Assembly (NCBI GenBank): GCA_036274215.1
Contig: DASUGE010000518.1
Coordinates: 1 to 36,448, forward strand
Source of the DNA: Polyangiaceae bacterium
Lineage (GTDB): Bacteria > Myxococcota_A > Polyangia > Polyangiales > Polyangiaceae
Direction: 5' to 3'
Length of the DNA stretch: 36,448 nucleotides
The number at the start of each line of letters is the position of its first letter. The stretch's first letter is position 1. A model generated the notes under the pieces. It worked only from the letters and a program-made list of their open reading frames with translations, was not told where the DNA came from and searched no databases. The position numbers and the translations under genes were made by a program. Shown piece by piece: positions 27,556 through 36,448 of this stretch.

Positions 27556-29402
27556 GGCGCCTCGAAGCGAATGCGTCCGTCACGGACGGCACCGCGCGTG
27601 GCGTCGAGGCACGGGAGCGCTCGGGCGAGCGCCTGCAAGCGCGGGTCCGGCTCGGGAAAGCTGGTTCCGGCGGGGCACGGCGCGCCATGCCGGAGCTCAT
27701 CGGCGAGCGCCTGGCTCAAGCTGTCGCTCACCAGGCGGAGCGCCATTTCAGGAATCGCTTCGAAGAGCCCGCTCCCGCCCGCGGCGAGGTACGCCGTGGT
27801 GGCGACGCGGTAGCCTGCGCCAGGCGCGAGTGGCGCAAAGCAGCGTCCCAGTGCGTCGGAGCCGACGGACGGCGGGCTGCAGATGCCGCCGAGCGCCGCG
27901 CAGTCCGCGTCCGTTTTACACGGCACGTCGGTCTCGGTGGCAAAGACGCGCGCGCAGGCGGCGCCCTCGCAGGGACAACGAAAGCGAACGAGCGCGCCCG
28001 CGACGTGCACCTGCGTCCGGCAGTCGCGTCCACTCGCCGAGCGCGCGGCGCGCTCGAAGGCGCGAGCGAGCGCCGCACCCGGGACCGCGACCGAGACGAG
28101 CGGGTCCTCGAACGGCACCGCGCGCACGAGCCCGTCGCGGTCGAGCAGCCCGGGGGGCAGATCGTGACGCAGCGACGACGCGCCGAGCACCGCCAGGTCG
28201 GCCTGAGCGGCTTCGCGCGCGACGTTTGCCGAGAAATTGCCGAGCGGAGAGTCACCGCCCGTCGCCCCCACGCGCTCGAGAGGCCGCGGGACTTCGGCGA
28301 GCGGCTCCGCGTCGAGCGCGCCGAGCGGCTCCGGGCGATAGGGCTCGAGCAGCGCCGCGACGTCAGGAGCCTCTGCCGTTTCGTCGCTGACCGGAATGAG
28401 CTCGAGTGCGAGGCCGATGACCTCGTGCCCGTCGAGCGGCTCGGCCGTCGCGGGGAGATGCGACGGCTCGTCGTCGAGCGTGAGCCGTACGCGGCCGAAC
28501 GTCTTCGCGTACGCCCCGCTGTGTATGATCGGAACGCGCCGCGGCGAGCAGGCACGAGAGCGGCCCCACGCGTCCTCAATCCGTGCGGCTCCCCCGCCCC
28601 CGCAATCGAGCGCCCACTCCGGCGCGTCGAGCGTGAGGTGCTGGTGCCCGCCGAGCACGACGTCGATCCCGCTCGTTCGCTGCACGAGGTCGCGATCCGC
28701 GTCGAGCCCGAGGTGCGTGACGACCACGACCAGATCGACCACCGGCCGCAGCACGTCGAGCGCGCCCTGAACGGCGCCCGCGGCGTCGCGCGCGAGCACC
28801 CCGAGCTCGTTCGGCCGCGCCTTGAGAAGGGCGACGCTCGACGTGTTCCCCACGCCGATCACCCCGACGCGCAAGCCGCGCGCGTCGAGCACGACGTACG
28901 GCGCGCTCACCCCCAGCAGGCACCCAGCGCCGTCGGGGACGTAGTTTGCGGCGAGCAGCGGAAATCCGGCGAGCTTCTCGTACCGCTCGCACACGAGCGC
29001 CGCGCCGCGGTCGAGCTCGTGATTGCCGAGCGCCTGCGCGTCGACGCCGAGCGCGTCGAACCCGAGAAGCTCCGGCTCGCCCCCGAAGCGCTCGAACGTG
29101 AGCGACCCTTGAAACACGTCGCCGGAATCGAGGTGGAGCACGCGCTCGGCACGCGCGCGCTCCCCTCGTAAGAGCGTCGCGAGCCGGGCAAACCCGCCCA
29201 TCTCGCGCACTTCCCCCGCCCGGCCGAGCCCGCGCCGCGCGTCGCTCGAGCCGACCGTCGCTCGATACGGAAACAGCATCGAGTGCGTGTCGGCCGTGTG
29301 GAGGAGCACGAGCTCGACCCGGCCGTGCACTCGCGTCCCAGCCGCGGGCGCCCCGCACGCGACGAGCACCGCGCACCAGATCGACGAAGCCGCGAGCCGC
29401 AC
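27552..29402 (-). CDS. Bifunctional metallophosphatase / 5'-nucleotidase-family lipoprotein
   Basis: Lipobox LVAC; LHTADTH, LDSGDVFQGS, LGNHELD, VTHLG, LGGHQH; 5'-nucleotidase C domain (GDSPLGN, PFED, YRVATTAYLAAGGSG, DGRI). Confidence 0.88.
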   Translation of the reverse strand: MRLAASSIWCAVLVACGAPAAGTRVHGRVELVLLHTADTHSMLFPYRATVGSSDARRGLGRAGEVREMGGFARLATLLRGERARAERVLHLDSGDVFQGSLTFERFGGEPELLGFDALGVDAQALGNHELDRGAALVCERYEKLAGFPLLAANYVPDGAGCLLGVSAPYVVLDARGLRVGVIGVGNTSSVALLKARPNELGVLARDAAGAVQGALDVLRPVVDLVVVVTHLGLDADRDLVQRTSGIDVVLGGHQHLTLDAPEWALDCGGGGAARIEDAWGRSRACSPRRVPIIHSGAYAKTFGRVRLTLDDEPSHLPATAEPLDGHEVIGLALELIPVSDETAEAPDVAALLEPYRPEPLGALDAEPLAEVPRPLERVGATGGDSPLGNFSANVAREAAQADLAVLGASSLRHDLPPGLLDRDGLVRAVPFEDPLVSVAVPGAALARAFERAARSASGRDCRTQVHVAGALVRFRCPCEGAACARVFATETDVPCKTDADCAALGGICSPPSVGSDALGRCFAPLAPGAGYRVATTAYLAAGGSGLFEAIPEMALRLVSDSLSQALADELRHGAPCPAGTSFPEPDPRLQALARALPCLDATRGAVRDGRIRFEAP

Positions 29403-29524
29403 CCTGCTTCGGTCGGCCCGCTCGAGCGCGAGTTGCGCGCGCTCGCACCGCTACGGGGCTAGCCCCTCGACGTGCGCCGCCCGCAGCGGGCGAAGCTCGT
29501 CATTCGCTCATGGCTGGCGGAGGC

Positions 29525-31318
29525 TCAGCGTGAGTCGGGTCCGCCCGGCAAGTCGGGGAAGCGCTCTTCGAGGCAGATGCGTACCTCCGACGCCGTCGCG
29601 AGCTCGAGCACGGCGTGGGCGGCGGCCGTCGCCTCCTCGATCGTGATCGATTCAATCGCGGCACGCACGTCGGAGAGCGACGACGCCTCGAGGCTGAGCT
29701 CGCGGATGCCCATGCCGAGCAGCAGCACCGCGGCCAGCGGATCGCTCGCCATGGCGCCGCACACGATCACCGGCCGCCGGTATCGCTGGCCGGCGGCCAC
29801 CACCCCGGCAATCAGCCGCAGGATCGCCGGGTCGAAGAACGACGCCAGGTACGCGAGCTCCGGACTCGAGCGATCGACCGCGAGCGCGTATTGCACGAGA
29901 TCGTTCGTGCCGATGCTCATGAACTCGGCTGCCGTCGCGAAGCGGTCGGCGAGGATGGCCGCGGCCGGTACCTCGACCATGATGCCGAGCGGCAGCTCCG
30001 CCGCGCGCGGGTACCCGAGAGCGTCCACCTCCGCGATCGCGAGGGCGAGCAGCTCTCTCACCTGCGCGAGCTCCCCCATCGACGCGATCATCGGCACCAT
30101 GATGCGCAACGCCCCGTGCGCCGAAGCGCGCACCATGGCGCGGAGCTGAGCCAGAAATAGGTCCTTCCGCGCCAGCGCGAGCCGCACGGCCCGGAGCCCG
30201 AGCGCCGGGTTCATGTCGTTCGGCACCTGCATGCTCGACACGAACTTGTCGCCGCCGATGTCGAAGGTGCGGAGCGTCACCGGCAGCGGCGCCACGGCTT
30301 CGAGCACCCGGCGGTAGGTCTCGTATTGCTCTTCCTCGCTCGGCGGGACGAGGCGATTGACGTAGAGGAACTCCGTTCGGTAAAGCCCGATGCCCTGCGC
30401 GCCGAGGTCGAGCGCGATCGGCGCCTCGCCCGGCAGCTCGATGTTGCCTTTGAGCTCGATCGACACGCCGCAGCGCGTGCGGATCGGTTGGTCGCGCAGG
30501 CTGCGCCGAGCGAGGAGCGCTTCCCGATAGCGTTCACCGCGCGCAACGGCCTCCGCGTGCGCGGTGGGACTCGGCGCAATCGTGACCTGGCCGCGCAAGC
30601 CGTCGACGGCGATGACGTCGCCCTCGCCGATGCGCCGCAGGAGCCCCGCGACGCCGACCACCGCCGGGATTTCGAGCGCGCGCGCGAGGATGGCGGTATG
30701 GCTCGTGCGCGTCCCCACCTCGGTCACGATGGCGAGCACGCTGTCCTTGCTCAGACCGGCCGTTTCCGCGGGGGAAAGGTCGTGGGCCACGAGCACGCCC
30801 GGCGCCCCCGAGCGCGTCAGCACGACGGTCGACTCCTCGCGCCCCGCGAGCGACTCGAGGATGTGCTGTCCGATGAACTGCACGTCGTGGCTGCGCTCGG
30901 CGAGGTACGAGTCCCCCGACTCGCTCAGCTGACGCGCCATCTCGTCCACGGTCGCGGTGAGCGCCCACTCGGCGCACAGGCGATCGATGCGCACACGCCG
31001 CTCGACCTCGTCGCGCAGCGTCTCGTCCTCGACCATGAGGACGTAGGCTTCGAGGATGGACGACTCCGCACGGCTTCCGCGCGTGCGCTCGGCCGCTGCC
31101 TTGAATCTTTCGGCCGCCACCGCTACGGCGGCGTCGAAGCGATCGAGCTCGTCCTCGACGTGATGACTGGCGATGTGCCTTCGAACCGCACCCCCGGTTC
31201 GATCGAGCACCTTGGCCGGCCCCACCGCGTAGCCCGGTGAGCCCGCGATGCCGTCCAAGCTGATGTCTTGATGCGCTGCCCCTCCGGACGCTTCGTCCGC
31301 TGGTTCGCCCATGCTCAT
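29525..31318 (-). CDS. ptsI: PTS enzyme I (PEP-protein phosphotransferase)
   Basis: TSHTAILARALEIP (phospho-His), GIGLYRTEF, RTFDIGGDK, NPALGLRA, MVEVP, SIGTNDL; no N-terminal GAF domain. Confidence 0.96.
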   Translation of the reverse strand: MSMGEPADEASGGAAHQDISLDGIAGSPGYAVGPAKVLDRTGGAVRRHIASHHVEDELDRFDAAVAVAAERFKAAAERTRGSRAESSILEAYVLMVEDETLRDEVERRVRIDRLCAEWALTATVDEMARQLSESGDSYLAERSHDVQFIGQHILESLAGREESTVVLTRSGAPGVLVAHDLSPAETAGLSKDSVLAIVTEVGTRTSHTAILARALEIPAVVGVAGLLRRIGEGDVIAVDGLRGQVTIAPSPTAHAEAVARGERYREALLARRSLRDQPIRTRCGVSIELKGNIELPGEAPIALDLGAQGIGLYRTEFLYVNRLVPPSEEEQYETYRRVLEAVAPLPVTLRTFDIGGDKFVSSMQVPNDMNPALGLRAVRLALARKDLFLAQLRAMVRASAHGALRIMVPMIASMGELAQVRELLALAIAEVDALGYPRAAELPLGIMVEVPAAAILADRFATAAEFMSIGTNDLVQYALAVDRSSPELAYLASFFDPAILRLIAGVVAAGQRYRRPVIVCGAMASDPLAAVLLLGMGIRELSLEASSLSDVRAAIESITIEEATAAAHAVLELATASEVRICLEERFPDLPGGPDSR

Positions 31319-31590
31319 TCACCCTCGCCGAAACGATCGTCGATGAGACGACCGATCTCGGTCACAGCTTCCTGGGCGAGATCGCCCGTGGCTTCGACGT
31401 CCAGGAGAGACCCCTTCGAGCCGCAAAGCAAGAGCACACCCATCACGCTCTTGGCGTTGGCGGCCTGCCCGGCCCGGCTGACGACGATTTCGCAGGGGTA
31501 GCGTGAAGCGAGCTGGACGAGCTTGGTGGCCGCGCGAGCGTGGAGCCCAAGCTTGTTTTTCACCTCGAATCGGCCCCGGATCGGGGTCAT
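31315..31590 (-). CDS. ptsH: Phosphocarrier protein HPr
   Basis: NKLGLHARAA (His15) and NAKSVMGVL (Ser46); ATGA overlaps on both sides. Confidence 0.96.
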   Translation of the reverse strand: MTPIRGRFEVKNKLGLHARAATKLVQLASRYPCEIVVSRAGQAANAKSVMGVLLLCGSKGSLLDVEATGDLAQEAVTEIGRLIDDRFGEGE

Positions 31591-32540
31591 GCGTTCCTAC
31601 CTCCGCTCGCAATGGGCGGCCCGTGGTCGGGGTCGCCGCCAGGCCCCGTCATGTTGACCCGATCGAGGTCGCGATGCACGAGATCCCCTGAAATTCCCAG
31701 TCGTTCGCCGAGTAGCCGGGCGATTTCGCCCGCGATCACCACCGAGCGGTGGCGCCCCCCGGTGCACCCGATGGCCACGGTGAGATAGCTCCGCCCCTCC
31801 TTCTCGAAGCGCGGGATGGAGAAGCCGAGCAGCTCCAGGGCGAGCTTGGTGAAAGCTTCCGCGTCCCCGTCCGCCATCACGTAGCTCCGCACGTCGGCGT
31901 GGGTGCCGGGGAGCGCGCGGAGCTCGCGCACGAAGTGCGGGTTCTTGAGGAAGCGCACGTCGAGCACGATGTCCGCGTCCACCGGCGTCCCGAACTTGAA
32001 ACCAAACGAAACGACCCGCGTGCGCAAGCGGAGCTCCCTGCCGCCGCTCGTCCCGAACTGCTGCACCACGAGCCGCCGCAGCTCGTGCACGGAGAGCGCG
32101 CTCGTATCGATGACGAGCGTCGCACGCGCCCGGAGGCCCGCGACGAGCTCGCGCTCCCGGTGGAGGCCGTCCATCACGGCAGGCGCCCCCTGCTCACCCA
32201 CCATGCTGAGCGGGTGCGGACGTCGCGTGCTGCTGTAACGGCGGAGCAGCGCCACGTCCGAGGCCTCGACGAAAACGACCTCCAAGTTGCGCTGCGATTC
32301 CCCGCGCAATCCGTCGAGCGCCTCGACCGCACCGTTCAAAAAGCCGCGTCCGCGCACGTCGATGCCGAGACCGATGCGCTCGACCCCGGCCGCGCAGAGC
32401 GCTTCGACCGTGCTCCTTAGGACCGGCGTCGGCAGGTTGTCGATGCAGAAGAAGCCGAGATCCTCGAGGGCCGCGAGGGCCGTCGTGCGTCCGGCACCGC
32501 TCAAGCCGGTGACGGCAACGACGAGCGGCGGCTGGGTCAT
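31587..32540 (-). CDS. rapZ: RNase adapter RapZ / YvcJ P-loop protein
   Basis: VTGLSGAGRT, LEDLGFFCIDNLP, TRRPHPL, SFGFKFG, DVRFLKNP, IGCTGGRHRSV, HRDL. Confidence 0.95.
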   Translation of the reverse strand: MTQPPLVVAVTGLSGAGRTTALAALEDLGFFCIDNLPTPVLRSTVEALCAAGVERIGLGIDVRGRGFLNGAVEALDGLRGESQRNLEVVFVEASDVALLRRYSSTRRPHPLSMVGEQGAPAVMDGLHRERELVAGLRARATLVIDTSALSVHELRRLVVQQFGTSGGRELRLRTRVVSFGFKFGTPVDADIVLDVRFLKNPHFVRELRALPGTHADVRSYVMADGDAEAFTKLALELLGFSIPRFEKEGRSYLTVAIGCTGGRHRSVVIAGEIARLLGERLGISGDLVHRDLDRVNMTGPGGDPDHGPPIASGGRNA

Positions 32541-32554
32541 GGGGCTGGTCTTTC

Positions 32555-33616
<1,062 letters not shown>

Positions 33617-33623
33617 GGTCGGC

Positions 33624-34094
33624 TCAGCGCGCGGCGTTCTCGTTCGTTTCGATCAGCTCGAACGCCGCTCTCGGGTTCGCGCTCGCTAAGAGGCGTATGC
33701 GCGTCTGCTCGTCGCGCAACAGGCGCGAGATGCGCGCCAGCGTCCGTAAGTGCTCGCCCGTGGCGCGCTTGGGCCCGACGACGCCGAAGACGATTTCGAC
33801 GGGCTCGCCGTCGATCGCCTCGAACTCGACCCCGCGCGGACAGAGCAGGAGCGCGAGCGCCTGACTGTCCGCGGTGTCGAGCGCGCAGTGCGGAATGGCG
33901 ACACCGTCGCCGATGCCGGTGCTTTGCAGCTTTTCGCGCTCCAACAAGAGATGCTCGACCGTGTCCACGTCGACGTGAACGGCGGGCGAGAGAAGCTCTG
34001 ACAAACGGTGAATGGCGTCGGTCTTGGTCTTGACGATCGAGCCGTCGATATCGACGACGATTCGGTCGGCACTCAAGATGTCCGCCAGTCGCAT
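33624..34094 (-). CDS. ptsN: PTS EIIA (Ntr/fructose-type) protein
   Basis: EREKLQSTGIGDGVAIPH, GVEFEAIDGEPV, HLRTLARISRLL. Start is ATG 34094 (AGGT upstream) or ATG 34130 (overlapping the hpf stop). Confidence 0.92.
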   Translation of the reverse strand: MRLADILSADRIVVDIDGSIVKTKTDAIHRLSELLSPAVHVDVDTVEHLLLEREKLQSTGIGDGVAIPHCALDTADSQALALLLCPRGVEFEAIDGEPVEIVFGVVGPKRATGEHLRTLARISRLLRDEQTRIRLLASANPRAAFELIETNENAAR

Positions 34095-34126
34095 GCGATC
34101 GACCTGTCTATCGGTAACGGGTGAAG

Positions 34127-34555
34127 TCATCGAGCGGTTTTGGTGCGCTTCGCTCCGCCCGCCTTCGTCTTCTTCTTCGGACGCCGCGCAGTGGGCCCGG
34201 GTTTAGCGCCCGCCGGGGCCGCCGCAACGAGCGGTTCTGCAATTGTCTTCAAGCTGTCGCCGTCGTGGCGGCGCGCGCGCGCCGTGCCCTTCGACCCGCG
34301 GATCTGGCGCTCGAGCTTCGCCATCACCTGATCGATCGAGGCGTACATGTCGTCGGTCACTTCGTGCGCTTCCAAGTGCTCGCTACCACTCGAGATTCTC
34401 GCCTCCACCACGTGCTTGCGTCGATCGACGGAGACGGTCACCTTCCCCTCCATGGGGCGGCGGAGAAAGCGTTGCAGCTTCGCGAGCTTACCGGTCGCGT
34501 ACTTCTTGATCGCGTCGCTTGCGTCCATCTGCCGGAACGTGATGCTGATGTTCAT
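34127..34555 (-). CDS. hpf: Ribosome hibernation promoting factor (short form) with a basic C-terminal tail
   Basis: MNISITFRQMDASDAIKKYA, DMYASID, KLERQI; located between rpoN and ptsN. Confidence 0.92.
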   Translation of the reverse strand: MNISITFRQMDASDAIKKYATGKLAKLQRFLRRPMEGKVTVSVDRRKHVVEARISSGSEHLEAHEVTDDMYASIDQVMAKLERQIRGSKGTARARRHDGDSLKTIAEPLVAAAPAGAKPGPTARRPKKKTKAGGAKRTKTAR

Positions 34556-34644
34556 CGGACCTCGGAAGGCAGGGGGGCTCGTCGCCCGTGACGATTAGCC
34601 GAAGCATACCCGAACCACCCGATAGAGTGTGAAGAGGCGCCGGC

Positions 34645-34662
34645 AAAAAGGCCGGTCGGCCT
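34645..34662 (-). terminator. Candidate intrinsic terminator between rpoN and hpf
   Basis: Minus strand AGGCC-GACC-GGCCT-TTTT; short stem. Confidence 0.4.
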
Positions 34663-34819
34663 AGGGTCGCTCTGCACGCGATGCTCGATGATGAGCGTCA
34701 GGTCGCGTTCCGCGCCAATGCCGGGGGCACGCTTATCGAGCGGCCCCGCCGCCCCAGCGTTCCCGAAACGAGACCGAGCACCGGCGTGCGCGCCACCGAG
34801 ATGCGCCCGGAGCGGAACG

Positions 34820-36313
34820 CTAGAAGAGGCGCTTGCGCTTCGAGGAAGCGAGGATGCCGAGCATCTCGCGGTACTTGGCGACGGTCCGGCGCGCGATCTT
34901 GATGCCCTCGCTCTTCTCCAGCATCTCGACGATGCCCTGATCGGAGATCGGGTTCGACTTGTCCTCGTCGTCGATGAGCTTCTTGATCGCCTGCTTGACG
35001 CTCTCGCTCGCGATGTCCTCGTTCGCGACGCGGCGGATGCTCGAGTTGAAGAAGTACTTGAGCTCGAACAGGCCTTGCGGCGTGTGGACGTATTTGTTGG
35101 TGGTGACGCGCGAGATCGTCGACTCGTGCATGCCGACCGCCTCGGCCACGTCGCGCAAGATCATCGGCTTCAGGTGAGCGACGCCCTTCTCGAAGAAGTC
35201 GCGCTGCTTCTCGACGATGCACTCCGCGACGCGGATGATGGTCTTCCTGCGCTGCTCGATGGCGCGGATCAACCACTGTGCGTTGCGGAGCTTCTCCCCC
35301 ACGAACTCCTTCGCGGTCGGATCCTTGAGCAGGCGCTTCGTGAGTGACTCGTTGATGAACAGGCGCTGCATGCCGCGGTCGTTGTCCACGACCACGAAGC
35401 TGTCGCCGTCCTTGATCACGTACACGTCGGGCGTGATGCCGATCGTGCGCTCGTCTTGATCGGAGAAGTTGCGCGCGGGGCGGCTCTCGAACGCCTGGAT
35501 GAGCTTGGCGGCTTCGTACACGTCCTCGAGCGGGATGCGCATCTCGCGCGAGATGGCCTGGTAGTTGTGCTTCTCGAGGTGGTGCAGGTGCTGCTGGATG
35601 ATCTGCACCTCCGTATCCGTGTCCTCGAAGCCCGCCGCTTTGGCCTGGATCATCAGGCACTCCTTGAGGTCGCGGGCGGCGACGCCGATCGGATCGAAGT
35701 TTTGGATCATCTCGAGGACGAGCGGCGCATCGTCGGGGTTCACGCCGGCTTCGTTCGCGAGGTCGTCGACGGTGAGGTCGGGCGTGCGCGTGCCGTCCGG
35801 ACGCTCCGTCCCGACGAGATCGAGGTAGCCGCGCTCATCCAGGTTGCCGATCACGAGCTCGGCGAATTTTCGCTCCTCATCCGTGAAGTCGCTCATCTGG
35901 AGCTGCCAGAGGAGATGATCCTGGAGGCTCCGCGGCTTGGTGAGGTTCTGCTCGATGGGCGGAAGATCGTCGTAACCAGAGCGACCGGGCTGCGTTCCCG
36001 TCTGCTGCTGCGTGCGGTTCTCCAGGAACTTCTCCCAGTCGACCTCGCGCGTCGCCTTCTCCGTCTGCTTCATGTCCCCGTCGCCCTCGCGACCCACGTC
36101 GGGGATCTCGCGCGGCTCCGGGCGGACGGAGGCAGGCGCTTCGCCGCGCCGGCCTTCCGCCTCGTCTTCGGAAAGGACGGGGTTGTCGTCGAGCTCCTTG
36201 CGGATCTCCTCGATGACTTCCAGCCGGGAGAGCTGGAGCAAACGGATCGCCTGCTGCAGCTGCGGCGTCATCACCAGCTGCTGCGTCAGGCGGAGCTGTT
36301 GCTTGATTTCCAT
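34820..36313 (-). CDS. rpoN: RNA polymerase sigma-54 factor
   Basis: QQLVMTPQLQQAIRLLQL region I, HESTISRVT..KY HTH, and RpoN box ARRTVAKYRE. Confidence 0.99.
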   Translation of the reverse strand: MEIKQQLRLTQQLVMTPQLQQAIRLLQLSRLEVIEEIRKELDDNPVLSEDEAEGRRGEAPASVRPEPREIPDVGREGDGDMKQTEKATREVDWEKFLENRTQQQTGTQPGRSGYDDLPPIEQNLTKPRSLQDHLLWQLQMSDFTDEERKFAELVIGNLDERGYLDLVGTERPDGTRTPDLTVDDLANEAGVNPDDAPLVLEMIQNFDPIGVAARDLKECLMIQAKAAGFEDTDTEVQIIQQHLHHLEKHNYQAISREMRIPLEDVYEAAKLIQAFESRPARNFSDQDERTIGITPDVYVIKDGDSFVVVDNDRGMQRLFINESLTKRLLKDPTAKEFVGEKLRNAQWLIRAIEQRRKTIIRVAECIVEKQRDFFEKGVAHLKPMILRDVAEAVGMHESTISRVTTNKYVHTPQGLFELKYFFNSSIRRVANEDIASESVKQAIKKLIDDEDKSNPISDQGIVEMLEKSEGIKIARRTVAKYREMLGILASSKRKRLF

Positions 36314-36371
36314 GCTGCAGAGGCTCTTTCCCTAACCAGGTCGGCCGTGGGCCCCGACTCTAGCTCGACCC

Positions 36372-36380
36372 AGTGTAACA
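36372..36380 (-). promoter_or_regulatory. Candidate extended -10 element for rpoN
   Basis: TG-T-TACACT, identical to the element before the expansin gene. Confidence 0.5.
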
Positions 36381-36386
36381 CCCGGT

Positions 36387-36402
36387 AGCAAGAAGCGCGC
36401 CC
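36387..36402 (-). promoter_or_regulatory. Sigma54 -24/-12 site upstream of rpoN
   Basis: GGGCGCGCTTCTTGCT: GG-N10-GC with the TTGCT -12 element (consensus TGGCACG-N4-TTGCW). Confidence 0.55.
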
Positions 36403-36448
36403 TTTATCGAAGTGCGGAGAGTTTGGGGTGACGCCGGGGGATTTCGAG

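Noticed and set aside
32500-32520. Walker A Lys-to-Arg (GAGRT) in RapZ as a sign of inactivation
   Set aside because: I recall GR variants in other RapZ/YvcJ homologs, and all other motifs are intact.

Overview
High-GC chromosomal window of core genes and envelope lipoproteins. A Myxococcota origin (probably Polyangiaceae-like) is inferred from the Gly-rich lipoproteins, Cys-rich repeats and Myxococcus-type LexA boxes. Left to right: hisC, a degenerate pheA-like gene and an FmdB-type zinc-ribbon gene (minus strand), divergent from smc; three lipoproteins (lamin-tail domain, expansin-like, Cys-rich); a split SOS mutagenesis cassette (imuA-imuB ... dnaE2) interrupted by PEBP, HAD, TetR and PilZ genes; larE and an octaheme cytochrome c lipoprotein; rpsO-pnp; a tightly coupled four-gene unit (5'-nucleotidase-like lipoprotein, putative outer-membrane barrel, small membrane protein, HTTM/vitamin-K-dependent-carboxylase-like protein); and rpoN-hpf-ptsN-hprK-rapZ-ptsH-ptsI. 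No tRNA, rRNA, CRISPR array or transposase was seen. The strongest leads are: (1) the four-gene HTTM unit, which looks like a split carboxylase-like envelope-modification system; (2) one CTGAAC-N7-CAG operator shared by imuA, dnaE2 and, unexpectedly, the fmdB/smc divergent region; (3) a PheA with eroded catalytic motifs but an intact ACT domain; (4) a lipid-anchored expansin; (5) repeated leaderless-type promoters; (6) a sigma54 site over the rpoN promoter. All calls come from reading motifs by eye; no database searches were run.
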